DNA of 64,000 bases from a virus (Duplodnaviria > Caudoviricetes). Below are positions 30,933-41,987 of the stretch, one piece after another. The notes under the pieces are model-generated. The model worked only from the letters and a program-made list of their open reading frames with translations. It did no database searches and was not told the origin of the DNA. Numbering within the stretch: the first letter of the stretch is position 1; each line of letters starts with the position of its first letter. The stretch lies in the IMG/VR virus record IMGVR_UViG_3300018494_000083; one strand, written 5' to 3'. The translations under genes and the position numbers were made by a program.

Positions 30933-33900
30933 TTAAGTACTGAGCTCCTTAAGGTCAGGAATGTACTTCGACATGAATTCTCTACGAGAATCTCTAGCCG
31001 CCTGTTTACTTGAGTGCCACATTGCCATATCTTCGAATGCCTTCTCGGTATCTTTAACTGTGATCTGGACGAGTCTCTGATGAGTTCCATCCATACAAGT
31101 TGCTCGAAGATCTTGGGGATTCATTTCACCTACATTACCTTCACATGGGTCGTTAATCCATGCAGTTCATTAAGAACTTCTCTGGGCTTTCCCCAGATGT
31201 TGAGACTATATCTTCCTCTCATATTGAGAAGATTTACGCTTCGATTTAAGGGATTCTCACCCACTCACTTGAGCCCTACTCCTATTGCCGACTTCCACGG
31301 CTTATTTCAGGATAGTCGTTGAACCTTCCAGATATACTGGATTAGCTGCGGATTGTCCAATCTTTAGCATTGTTACCATTGGGTAGCTAAAGCTCTAAGG
31401 AGGTTCCCGCAATTTCGTAAATATGGACCATTGATCCTTTGTATCTTGTAAGATCTTTCACTTTGTATTTACCAAAGATATTAAGAACTCCAGCGATACT
31501 CAAATTCTTCTCCCCGTCTGATCCTTCGACGCTATAACCGTAGATATTACCGATGTTGGCGTTCATCAATGTAATCAACTTCTTAGTCTTCTTATCATTG
31601 ACAAAGTCATCATCGAGCTCTATCATTTCCCAGTTAGAGTCTTTGATACCAGAGATCTCTACACAACCATCATTCCAGACTGCATTGAGCTGAGGGCTGA
31701 ATTCTTTCTTTACAAGTGCATCCCACTTTGCAACACTCTTCTTATCATAGCCAAGTCTTTGCAGATTAGCACAGATAAGTTCAATAAACTCAGGTGTACA
31801 AATACTGTTATCTGCCACCTTTTGGAGGTAATCAAGATACTGCTCATTTCTAAGCAGGAACTCTCTTACCTGGGTCTTAGACATCTTCTCCTTCTTGAAG
31901 TAGATGTCGTTATGTTTTGAGAACTTATTCTGGAGATAAGTAATGTACTCACGGTTACTTGCCACGAATACTCTCTTACCACCATCATTGAAACCGAACA
32001 ACGGAGGCTGTACAATGTAGAGTCTACCGTCTTCAATTACCTGAGGAAATGCCCTCATGAATATAACGATAAGACCTGCTTGTATACTACCACCGTCGGG
32101 GTCCGCATCAGTTAAGACGAATATTTTATCTGGAATGATATCGTCTATATTTCCTCTCTTACCAGGAACGAGTCCAATGATACGAGAGAGGTCACTGATT
32201 ATATCTTTCTTAAGTAATTCTGCCGTTGGACAATCATAGATATTATCAACTTTCATTATCTTCACATAGGTCGTTAATCTATGCAGTTCCTAAAGAACTT
32301 CTCTATATTACTATAGAAGTTGAGACTATATCTTCACCCTTAACAGGGGCATACCATTTCGATTTAAGGGATTCTCACCCACCCACTTGGGTCCTACTCC
32401 TATTGCCGACTTCCACGGCTTGTTTCAGGATAGTCGTTGAACCTTCATCTTTCGATGCTTGGCTGCTGATTAGGTTTGGAACCCTTCCAGCAATTAAATA
32501 TGTGTCCGTATACCATTACTGGTATAGGAGGCTAGTTGTTAACCTCTGAGTTTATAAATACTCTGATAATCCAAACGTGAGCTTTCAACCTGATTCATTT
32601 TATTCACATAGGTCGCTAATCTATGCAGTTCTCTTATGAACTTCTCTAGGTCTCCCTAGATGTTTAGACTATATCTTCATCTCCTTTCGGAGAGTCTACC
32701 GTTTCCATTTAAGGGGATTTCACCCACTCGCTTGAGCCGTACTCCTATTGGTTATTTCTAACCCAAGGGATAGTCGTTGAACGTTACTCTTTCGAGTCTT
32801 CGCTGCGGATTGTCCTTACGGATATCCCCGCAATTAGATAGATACCAGTATACAGTCACCCGTATACACAGGCAATCAATTCACCTGCAGAGTCTCCCTC
32901 TACTATATAAAGCTCAGTATAAGAAGTTGTACATCCCATTCTCTTAGGGAAGAACTTCTCAATTGCATCCTTACTTAAGCCATTACCAACTTTCTTAACT
33001 TGCTGTCTAGCTTTGATAGAAGACATTCTTGCCTTGATATTATCCCTAAGGATAGTGGCAATGATTCTTATATCAGAGTCAGTCATCTTGTTGAGCTGTT
33101 TAGTAATGAATTCTTCGATCTCTTCTCCGATAGTTACGGAGGTGAACTTCTCTTTAAACTGACCAAGATACTCAGGTTCGTTAGTCACCAAGACAACTAC
33201 ACCACAAAGACCAAGACGAACATCTTCCTTACGGAATTGATAGTTCTTCTTATCCTTCTCAGACAGGAAGTTCTTGTATAGATACTTGCGGAAGAACTCA
33301 TATAGTGCATTGGATACTGCCTCTACATGCGTTCCGCCTTCTTTGTTATAAATATAGTTACACCAACCCATAATCGCATTCTCTTCGGTAACTGCTTTAG
33401 AGTTATAACCGAAACCAATACGACACTTGGTTAGGGATCCCTTAGGTTGGTAGTCAAGGAACCATGTCTTAGAAGTTGATTTACAGTACTTCTTAAACAG
33501 CTCCTCAGTAGTAAGTCCTTCAAACTTTTCTTTGATCTTCTTACCCTCTTTGGTTACACCAGAGAACTTAATCTTAAAACCAGGGCATGCATCGGCTTTT
33601 TCTTCAACCATCTGCATGATATTTTCACAGCTAAGCTTATCAGTCTCTTTCAAATATTTATCAGAGATACGGAACTTAACAAAAGTTCCATGTTTATCAG
33701 GATCTGCCTTTTCGACGATTTCTTTCTTGAAATAACCGTCTACATATTTTCTGGTTACGGATTTCTTATCTCTCGTTGATGTAATCTCAAAATAATCAGA
33801 CAAGAAGTTTGCCAGTTTATTACCAATACCATGTAATCCACCGGCACTCGTATAGGCACTTTCATTACCCTTAGAGAACTTACCAGAACTGTTAAGGACT

Positions 33901-34163
33901 TCACACAGTTCTTTCAGTCTTTCAATAGGAATACCACGTCCATTATCGGTTACGGTTACTTCCCTTGTTTTCTCATTGTAGGTAACTTCGACAGAGCCTC
34001 CAACTTGCATAATTTCATCCTGGGCATTGTCCACTATTTCACGTACTAAATGGAGACATCCAGCAAGACGTTTGTCAGGAATATACAAGTGCGGCTGTTT
34101 AACGACTCTGTCTCTGTCATCCATCAAGACTTCGATGGACGAGGCATCATATTTGACAGCCAT
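30933..34163 (-). CDS. gyrB: Type IIA topoisomerase subunit B; spliced (exons 34163-32883, 32595-32542, 32253-31434, 31132-30933; ~784 aa)
   Basis: GHKL motifs EIVDNA, DNGRGIP, GGLHGIG. Splicing restores EGDSAG-NQVESSRLDYQSIYKLRG-KVDN and RYKG-LGEMNP; TOPRIM TDADPDG. Confidence 0.93.
31133..31433 (-). mobile_element. Group I intron (301 nt), gyrB intron 3
   Basis: P1 ggaUc..gGucc; conserved core; splits the Leu codon of RYKGLGEM. Confidence 0.88.
32254..32541 (-). mobile_element. Group I intron (288 nt), gyrB intron 2
   Basis: P1 gaggUua-acaac-uaGccuc; inserted in the LRG|K motif. Confidence 0.9.
32596..32882 (-). mobile_element. Group I intron (287 nt), gyrB intron 1
   Basis: P1 caggUga...uuGccug; inserted after EGDSAG. 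Confidence 0.9.
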
Positions 34164-34257
34164 TATATACCTCCTTGGTGAAATTTAGCGAATCGAACTA
34201 TTCGCCATGATATAGTGTCATTTTCATAGTACTTTGGAAAGTCCTACAAAATACACT

Positions 34258-34572
34258 CTACATTATACAATCTCGAATCAAACGATTATACCATATTGGG
34301 TCTTCATCTTTGAGTGATTCAAAATCGTATACTTCTTCTTGAACGTTGACTCGACCAGTATGATCATAAAAGTTAACTTTATCAGAACTGACTACAAAGT
34401 GCCCAGTTATTGGCATGTAATAGATCTTCAGGTTTGGAAAACGGGCACAGAGAATAATAGCAAAGTAATAACAGTTTCCAGTAGTCCAATTACAGTCTCC
34501 TGGAAATCTTCTGTTTATAAACTCGGTTATTATTTCATCAGTAATCAGATTCCTCTTGGTTACATCTTTCAA
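34258..34572 (-). CDS. Hypothetical protein
   Basis: 104 aa ORF (GNCYYFA motif). Confidence 0.7.
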   Translation of the reverse strand: MKDVTKRNLITDEIITEFINRRFPGDCNWTTGNCYYFAIILCARFPNLKIYYMPITGHFVVSSDKVNFYDHTGRVNVQEEVYDFESLKDEDPIWYNRLIRDCIM

Positions 34573-35299
34573 ATCTATATCCTTTCGTGTTTGGTTGTTG
34601 ACCCTTTAAGACTCTGTTTATGCATTTCATATCCACATTGTATTTCTTGGCTATTCTCGATAAGCCTTCCTCAATAGTAATCTTTCCATCTGGATGAATT
34701 ACCTTCAAGGTTACTTTCTTCTGTGGTGTGTAATGGTCTACGTACTTTTGTTGTTCCTTAGCACTCAACCATATACATGTGCTTGGAGAGTACACTTTAT
34801 TTGTATCCTCATTGAATTGCCTAGCGTCTTTATCTAGACTAATCTTATTTTCAAGCAACAATTGTCTATCCCAACCGACTAATTCCTGAGCATCATAGAA
34901 AAAAGATGAGAAACTGCGCCATCTCTCACAGACTCTTACATCCTTATCAAAGTAGGATTTATGACTTTTATGGTTCTCATTATAGCACCTGTAGATCATA
35001 AACTTCCATCTATCGTATAGAGCTTTACATAATATTGGGTCATCTCTCTTGAGTTCCTCGTATTTATCACCGAGGTAACCAAGCCCCAATACAGTAGGCT
35101 TTCTACGATCTTTGACTTCTCCAGTTCTCACTTGGTTGTAGGGAGCAACCGTTTTATAACCAGTCTTTGGGAAATAAATAGAGACATACAGCTCATTGTC
35201 TGTATGTCTTCGAAATGTTTTCAGTATCCATATAGGATCTTTTTCCTTGTTACGGAAAGTATAAGCTGATCGAGCTTTAATATTATAGAATTTACTCAT
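34538..35299 (-). CDS. Free-standing HNH-like homing endonuclease with C-terminal DNA-binding module
   Basis: WKFMIYRCY...VCERWRSFSSF...LDKD...YSPSTCIWL pattern typical of phage HNH-type endonucleases; NUMOD1-like C-terminus. Confidence 0.75.
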   Translation of the reverse strand: MSKFYNIKARSAYTFRNKEKDPIWILKTFRRHTDNELYVSIYFPKTGYKTVAPYNQVRTGEVKDRRKPTVLGLGYLGDKYEELKRDDPILCKALYDRWKFMIYRCYNENHKSHKSYFDKDVRVCERWRSFSSFFYDAQELVGWDRQLLLENKISLDKDARQFNEDTNKVYSPSTCIWLSAKEQQKYVDHYTPQKKVTLKVIHPDGKITIEEGLSRIAKKYNVDMKCINRVLKGQQPNTKGYRFERCNQEESDY

Positions 35300-35370
35300 A
35301 TGATAAAAAATAAAAATGGATGGAGACCGAAGTCTCCATCCATCTTATTTATCTTATTAGTGAATAAGGA

Positions 35371-35874
35371 TTAGTAAGATACACGATAGAACTTATTCTT
35401 GTCCTTCTTCTTACCCTTCTTATTCTTCTTCTTTTTCTTCTTACCGTTCTTGTAAGAATCCTTGTGCTCGTTCATGAGTCTCTCTACGAGATCAGGGCAA
35501 CGAGAGATAATACGAAGTGCCTTCGTGATCTCATCGTCAGTCTCCTCATTGATTGCGAGTCTGTTACGAGCGATAGAGAGCACAGAGTAGATTACATCAT
35601 GTGCTGCAATAACCGAATCCTTGGAAAGCATCTCAGGATCGGTGTGAATCTTACCACCACAGATCTTGCAGATACGGAACATACCGTCATCGCTTGTCTT
35701 GAAGTGGGTCTTGCCATGATCGCGGTCGATATGGTTACACTGGCAACGCTTGATGATTTCCTTGTCCTTCTGCTTGAGAAGTCGGAGTTCTTCCTTTCTC
35801 TTCTCTTTCTTGGACTTCTTCTTCTGCTCGCCGCCTTCGTATCTGAACTTGCCACGAATAATACGCTTAGACAT
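35371..35874 (-). CDS. Hypothetical Lys-rich protein with possible Zn-binding Cys/His
   Basis: CQCNH...CKIC, poly-Lys at both ends. Confidence 0.75.
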   Translation of the reverse strand: MSKRIIRGKFRYEGGEQKKKSKKEKRKEELRLLKQKDKEIIKRCQCNHIDRDHGKTHFKTSDDGMFRICKICGGKIHTDPEMLSKDSVIAAHDVIYSVLSIARNRLAINEETDDEITKALRIISRCPDLVERLMNEHKDSYKNGKKKKKKNKKGKKKDKNKFYRVSY

Positions 35875-36101
35875 TGTGGTTTCCTCCAATTTGTTTTTGT
35901 TATTATTTTCGTTCGGGAATGTTGAAAATAATGTGTACTTTATAATAATCTGTTGAGGAAGTAATTTATTTTTATTCCTACAGGTTATTTCAGAAATATG
36001 ATGTATATTTAAGCGTTATTTTGTATACTTAATATACCCAAGCAATAGACATGTAAGATTTCTCCTACATGTCTATTGTTATAAATTACATTAAACTGTA
36101 A

Positions 36102-36722
36102 TTAGCCGATAGTTACAGGAACTACTGCAACCTCAGTTGCAGTGAAAGGATCGCTGACAAATGCTCTTGCATAAACCGTAGTTCCAGCAGCGACAGACTT
36201 CACATCTACGTCAGCATCGGTATTATCAGCTGCAGCCTGTGCAAGCTCTTCGGTGCTGAAATAACCGATTGTTACATTTGCTGCAGGATCGGTTGTGAGA
36301 ATCTGGAAAACTTTGCCGTATATAAGTTCAGCAGCACTTGCCACATTGTACTCATCCTTCTCGAACTGCACAGTTACCGTGGGTGCAAATGTAGGATCGA
36401 TAGCTTTAACGATATCGGCAGCAGTCTTAAAATTTTCCTGCATAACGAAGTGTACAGAGAATACAACGTTAAGGTCTACAAAGGATGTGATAGGATCACC
36501 CTTAACGCTCAGTTCTGCAGGGATATGCTCATGGAATACGAAACCGGTTGGACCGGTGCCGTCACCAACAAAATATGCATTACCAGCTTTATACATATCT
36601 TGGAAATTGAAGATAGGCAGGTTATCAATATGCATCAGAGAGATACTACGCCATCTCTCACCTTCGGGCAGGTTCTGATCTCCCAATGCATTACATACAG
36701 CCAGAAAATGTTCGTATGTCAT
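36102..36722 (-). CDS. Hypothetical protein (possibly virion)
   Basis: 206 aa ORF preceded by an AACA-N6-TA motif. Confidence 0.7.
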   Translation of the reverse strand: MTYEHFLAVCNALGDQNLPEGERWRSISLMHIDNLPIFNFQDMYKAGNAYFVGDGTGPTGFVFHEHIPAELSVKGDPITSFVDLNVVFSVHFVMQENFKTAADIVKAIDPTFAPTVTVQFEKDEYNVASAAELIYGKVFQILTTDPAANVTIGYFSTEELAQAAADNTDADVDVKSVAAGTTVYARAFVSDPFTATEVAVVPVTIG

Positions 36723-36761
36723 TACAGGTTTCCCCTTTCTTGTATTATTTAATAAATTGTT

Positions 36762-37949
36762 TTAGATAAACATCCAGACCTTATTAATAGCCCTTGTGAC
36801 GGCTGTATAACGAAGTTGTCTCATATATTCTCTATCTCCTACCCACTCATCATAGTATAGAACAGATCCATACTGAGATCCCTGGGATAGGTGAACTGTT
36901 AGAGCTTCACCAAATTCAAGCTTAGCTCCATGGTTATATTCACTAACTTCTTTCTCACCGCAAGGTTGTTTAATAAAGTCATAGTCACAGGCAAGTGCTT
37001 CATAGTACTCATCTGTGTAGTCTGGTTGGAAATCGATTCTATAGATACCTTTATGTAGGGCACACTCATCCATTCGTATTGGGTACTTCACCTTTCCAAG
37101 AATACCATTGATAAGAGGTATTCCATCCAAGGATCTGTACCAGCAATTCTTACGGCAGATAAGTTTGTCACCTACATTAGGAAGCTTACCTTTAGATCCA
37201 TGAAGTTCTCTGACTCGGTTATTGAACATATTACGAGTCTTATTCTTAGCAGTCAGAATAATATCTGCTTCCAAGAGATGTCTATCCTTCATATATTCTT
37301 TAGGTAGAATCCAGGCGTCATTAAACCAGTTGTAGTGACGAGGAAGTTCTTTACCTTCCCTGATTCTGGTAGCAAGTTGAACTATTCCACTGAACTCTGC
37401 TTGTCTGGTAATCTCTGTTAGTTCATACTTAACCTTCTTAGCGAACGGAGATTCACCAAACACAGGTCTAAGCTGATAAGAGTCACCAGATGCAATAACA
37501 GGAATTCCATGCTTATAAATAGCATGCATTAGTTCTTCATTCACCATAGACCATTCATCGACAACTATAAGTTTAACATGAGGATCTATAAAATCTTTCT
37601 CTTTAAATTTCATTTCCGTAACAGTTCGACCGTTAACGGTAACAAGTCTACCATCTCTTACCTTGGGAGATTCAACTAAGTCATAGAATGTAGAATGTAT
37701 TGTACTAGCATCAAAGCCCTTCTGCATAAGAACAGATGCGGCTTTTCCAGTGAATGCTACATATAATACTTCATCTCTCTCAAGACCGAGTTTATTTACT
37801 ACATAAGGCAATATCGATGTTTTACCTGTACCAGCAGGACCACTGTATACGAAATCTTGGTCGTTAGAATGAGTATACCATTTATAGATAAGATGCATTA
37901 ACTCTCTTTGTCCGTCGGTAAACTCAAACTGTTTCTTCAATTGGCTCAT
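36762..37949 (-). CDS. SF1B helicase (Dda/RecD-like)
   Basis: SGPAGTGKT, VVDEWSMV, GDSYQL, TVHLSQGSQY, YTAVTRA. Confidence 0.9.
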   Translation of the reverse strand: MSQLKKQFEFTDGQRELMHLIYKWYTHSNDQDFVYSGPAGTGKTSILPYVVNKLGLERDEVLYVAFTGKAASVLMQKGFDASTIHSTFYDLVESPKVRDGRLVTVNGRTVTEMKFKEKDFIDPHVKLIVVDEWSMVNEELMHAIYKHGIPVIASGDSYQLRPVFGESPFAKKVKYELTEITRQAEFSGIVQLATRIREGKELPRHYNWFNDAWILPKEYMKDRHLLEADIILTAKNKTRNMFNNRVRELHGSKGKLPNVGDKLICRKNCWYRSLDGIPLINGILGKVKYPIRMDECALHKGIYRIDFQPDYTDEYYEALACDYDFIKQPCGEKEVSEYNHGAKLEFGEALTVHLSQGSQYGSVLYYDEWVGDREYMRQLRYTAVTRAINKVWMFI

Positions 37950-38463
37950 TATTGTCACCTCTTTTGAGGAATGTCATAAGGTTTTCCATATATTGCTTAT
38001 GTTCATCTGCATCCATCATCAATGCGGCAATAATCGACATCTTCAAAATGGCTGCCGAAGGACTGGTCTTAATGTAAGAGCCTTCGACTACCTTACCATC
38101 CTTGGTAAGCCAGCCAGAGTACTTAATTTTACCGTCTTTTTCGTAGTCATTTATTTCAAGGGTATCGAAATCAATATAATTGAATTCCTCAAACAATTCA
38201 ATAATAATGTTGGCATGTTTTTCATTCCGGAAGGGTCTGAAAATAGCCAGGTCTTTTGGAATCTTTGATATCGAACTAAACCTTTCAGCAAAGCCTAAAT
38301 ACTTGGTTCCGCACATAAGTGGGTCAAGATATAGGTCTGAATATATAGTAAAGTCGCTATCAACATCTAAATCTAACATATGAAGGAATTGCGAAGTCAG
38401 TTCGAATTCAGCTTCGGAGATCTTAGATTTTCGACGTCTAATTCGTGTCATTTTTATGTACAT
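37924..38463 (-). CDS. Hypothetical protein
   Basis: ORF with AAGGAG RBS before MYIK. Confidence 0.7.
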   Translation of the reverse strand: MYIKMTRIRRRKSKISEAEFELTSQFLHMLDLDVDSDFTIYSDLYLDPLMCGTKYLGFAERFSSISKIPKDLAIFRPFRNEKHANIIIELFEEFNYIDFDTLEINDYEKDGKIKYSGWLTKDGKVVEGSYIKTSPSAAILKMSIIAALMMDADEHKQYMENLMTFLKRGDNNEPIEETV

Positions 38464-38502
38464 GATTAGCTCCTTCAAGTAAATATATAAGGAGATGAAA
38501 CT

Positions 38503-38934
38503 ATGGACAAGCAAGCCAGAATAGGTTTTAAAGACTATATGTTTGTCTACTCTCTGGAAGAGGTAACGAACCCTACAGAACTTTTGGTAACTATTCCTGA
38601 TGTCTTTGTCGATAAGCCAGTTTCATCCGCAGATAGTGCCAAGATTCTCAAAGGTCCTACGACCATTTTCAAGAATACTAATCTTCCAGCACTATCAAAG
38701 TACTATGTTTCAAGTAATTATATGAGATTAAAAGTTATCAACTACTTTGGCGGAACCAGTAATATTGTTGGTCCCAATATCAGAGCAGATGGTAATGTAC
38801 TTAAAATCTCTTCTTCAGAGCCGAGTAACTATCCTATTGCGGTAGGTATCGGCAATGTAAAGGTTGGGGATCGTTTACTTGCAACCTTTATTAACGGTAA
38901 CCCAAATAACGGAATCATTATTGCGAGGTGTTAA
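38503..38934 (+). CDS. Putative baseplate spike/hub OB-fold protein
   Basis: C-terminal VGDRLLATFINGNPNNGIIIAR resembles the gp5/VgrG OB-fold signature. Confidence 0.5.
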   Translation: MDKQARIGFKDYMFVYSLEEVTNPTELLVTIPDVFVDKPVSSADSAKILKGPTTIFKNTNLPALSKYYVSSNYMRLKVINYFGGTSNIVGPNIRADGNVLKISSSEPSNYPIAVGIGNVKVGDRLLATFINGNPNNGIIIARC

Positions 38935-38936
38935 TT

Positions 38937-39353
38937 ATGGCTGACAATACTAAGATCCGAACATTGGAAGACCTTGTTAAATACGGGGCATCGTCAGACT
39001 ATACAATTCCCAAGGTGATTACGCTTAGGAAAGTCGGCAAAGTAATAATGCCCGATGAGATCGTTTACGATAAGTACCGTGATTTGATCTTCCAAAATAG
39101 TTATCTTCAATCTCTTACGATTGAGCAACAAAAATCATATAGATATCGTCCTGATCGTTTAAGCATGGAGCTTTATGGAACTACGAATTTGTCCCATATT
39201 ATTCTCTATCTTAACAAATGTGCAGAGATCGACTTTAAACCCGAAGACACAGTCAGAGTTCTTGACCCTGATGCTGTGCTCGATGTATTGAAGTTAATTC
39301 TGACACACGAAACCGGACGCATTACTGCAGCTAAACAAAAAGCAATGGGATAA
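38937..39353 (+). CDS. Baseplate wedge protein, gp53/LysM-like
   Basis: YRPDRLSMELYGTTNLSHIILYLN motif. Confidence 0.7.
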   Translation: MADNTKIRTLEDLVKYGASSDYTIPKVITLRKVGKVIMPDEIVYDKYRDLIFQNSYLQSLTIEQQKSYRYRPDRLSMELYGTTNLSHIILYLNKCAEIDFKPEDTVRVLDPDAVLDVLKLILTHETGRITAAKQKAMG

Positions 39354-39382
39354 GACGCAAAGTCTTATCCCAATTTCTTGTC

Positions 39383-41986
39383 CTAAATAAGTACTTTCTG
39401 TCTTCTACTAATATGATAGAAACCATCTCTGATAATAGATTTACCCGTGGTTCTGCCATAGATAGAAATATATCCCTCGGAATTAGCCATTGCCTTTATC
39501 TTGGTTAGTTCCATCATGCGAAGAGTTCTAAGCTCTTTCTCTTTATCTTCGAGCAATTTAAGAGCTTGACGTTTCTCCTTAATTGCATCATCTGCATTCT
39601 TGCAAACGTCGACGATACTATCAAACGAGTCTTCATAATCTTCACCAAGCGAACTACAGAATTCAAGGAATTTATTTTCGCTTTCCTCTTTAGGATCTGT
39701 AAAGTCTGCTCTACCCGTGGTTCTTTGAACACCCATCGGGTTAAAGTCTTCCATACTAAGTCTTGATAAGGGTTTGCCATCAATATCTGGTGTAAGCAAA
39801 ATTTGGTTGTGTTCATCAAATGGATGAAGGAACAGATAAATCCTATCTTTATTAGGCTTACCTCTAAACTTCTCCAGTTTGAATCCCATGTATTGCTTAC
39901 CTGTATCTTCATCTCCGTCTTGTTCACGGTTGATGATAATACAACAGTCCGTATTTTTCATGACCATTATCTTCACACAGGTCGTTAATCTGTGCAGTTC
40001 TCTTATGAACTTCTCCAGCATTTCTCTGGATGTTGAGACTATATCATCATCTTCTTTCGAAGGGTTATCCATTTCGATTTAAGGGATTCTCACCCACCCA
40101 CTTGGGTCCTACTCCTATTGCCGATTCTCACGGCTTATTTCAGGATAGTCGTTGAACGTTCCTCTCTCGAGGCTTCGCTGCGGATTATTCAATCTTTAAC
40201 CTTTTTACTATTCCTCGGATAATTACTCCGAGCCATTATGTTTCACATAACTTAGTAGCCAAAGCTCTAAGAATATCCCCGCAATTAGAATAATTTTGTA
40301 ACTAGTCCATCACTAGACTAGGGGACATGCTAATCCCATGATTCCAAATATCTTCACTAAGGTCGTTAATCTTAGCAGTTCTTCTACGAACTTCTCTAGG
40401 TTACCCTAGAAGTTGAGACTATATCTTCATCCTTTATATAAAGGAGCTCACCATTTCCATTTAAGGGGATTTCACCCACTCACTTGAGCCGTACTCCTGT
40501 TGACCATTTCAGGTCCAATGGGATAGTCGTTGAACGTTACTCTTTCGAGTCTTCGCTGCTGATTAGGTCTGTAACCCTCCCAGCAATTAAATGAGGATCG
40601 ATATACGTTACCGTATAAAGGAGCAAATTCCTTACTCACGTTTTGTTTACCAAGTAACTTAGTTGTATTCTTTTTGTTATTAGCCACTGCTTCAGACATA
40701 ATCGAAGAAGCAGTTCTGTTTAACTGAGCCGCAGAGATGAACGGAATATGTCTAGCCTTTGCAAGCTCTGCCATTTCCGTTGCTACATTACCCAAGTTAA
40801 AACGCATTTCATTTGTTTGATGCTTGGGCTTAAGCTTCTCAATATAGTCCTGTACCACTGCAATGATCTGAATTCCCTTACGGTCAAAGTCAGAGATCAG
40901 TGCATCAATATCAGATACTCCAATTTCCTTATCTGAGAAATACCTGAAGATAAAGTCGATACTGTTCTTATCGCTTCTCTTATTGATAAGACCGGCAGAC
41001 TTAAGACCTTCGACAATTTGTTCGTTGGAGAAGTTTCTGATATCTTCGCCAGATACAGACATATTAAAGATTCTCTCAAATGTCTCTGATTTAGAGTTCT
41101 CTTGAGAGATGAATAGTACTGCTTGTTTCTTTCCATCCACTATGGGTAACTTGTTATACTTCGTTATCCACAATGCACAGGAAAGTAGAACGATTGATTT
41201 ACCTACACCAGTAACACCCATGAACAGATATGATCTACCTGATTCAAATCCACCGTTCAGCATCTTATTCAAGAACTGAATTCCGGTTCTGAGTTTGTTA
41301 TTCGGTGCATTCAGATCGTCCATAACCGAATCTATCTCACCTAAGATCGTATCGGTTGTTAAGTCGAAACCTTTACCGTCTCGACGATATTCTTCACTCT
41401 TACGAACTTCGGCATCGATCTTTGTCATTATCCGTTTAAGTTCGTTAGAGAAGTCAGAAATTCTGTTAAAATATCCTTGGTCCTTTCGCTCAAATAGGGA
41501 AGCCAGTTCCTTTGAGCAAGTAAGAGACCATCCATTGATCAGATTCTCGAATACCATAGTATTTAAATACTTACAGGTATCATTATCCATTCTCTGACCA
41601 ACTAAGGGCTTGACCACTTCCTGGTCAATTATGTCTTTCAATCGGCGGTCGCAATTTCGAAGAATATGTTGAACCACCAATGTTTTAGATGTTAAGTTTA
41701 GCTCACATCTAGCTTCCATAGCAAGCTTAATAAACTCAAGTCTTGCCTTTGCACTATCATTAGTTCTATATGGTTTAGGATCAAGCATTTCGAACATTGT
41801 CTTCATGTTAGCAAGAGCCGAATGTGTAACACTATCAGCTCTCATTGTAACTGAATAAAGACAAAATTGATCTAATTCATCTATTGATAGATTGAGAGGA
41901 AGCAGACAGTAATCTTTACTGTCTCGTGGATCGTAAACTAGTACATCCTCAATAATGTCTTCCGACGCATAATCAAGGTTGAACAT
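39383..41986 (-). CDS. dnaB: Replicative DnaB-like helicase; spliced (exons 41986-40634, 40344-40333, 39964-39383; ~648 aa)
   Basis: GVTGVGKS Walker A, FISQEN, VVQDYI, SAAQLNR. Splicing gives NVS-ESWD-VMKNTDCCIIINR (cf. DnaB RESGSIEQDADVVLFLYR). Confidence 0.9.
39965..40332 (-). mobile_element. Group I intron (368 nt), dnaB intron 2
   Basis: P1 gggaU...Guccc; conserved core; terminal G at 39965. Confidence 0.88.
40345..40633 (-). mobile_element. Group I intron (289 nt), dnaB intron 1
   Basis: P1 gagUaag-gaa-uuuGcuc; conserved core; terminal G at 40345. Confidence 0.88.
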
Positions 41987-41987
41987 A

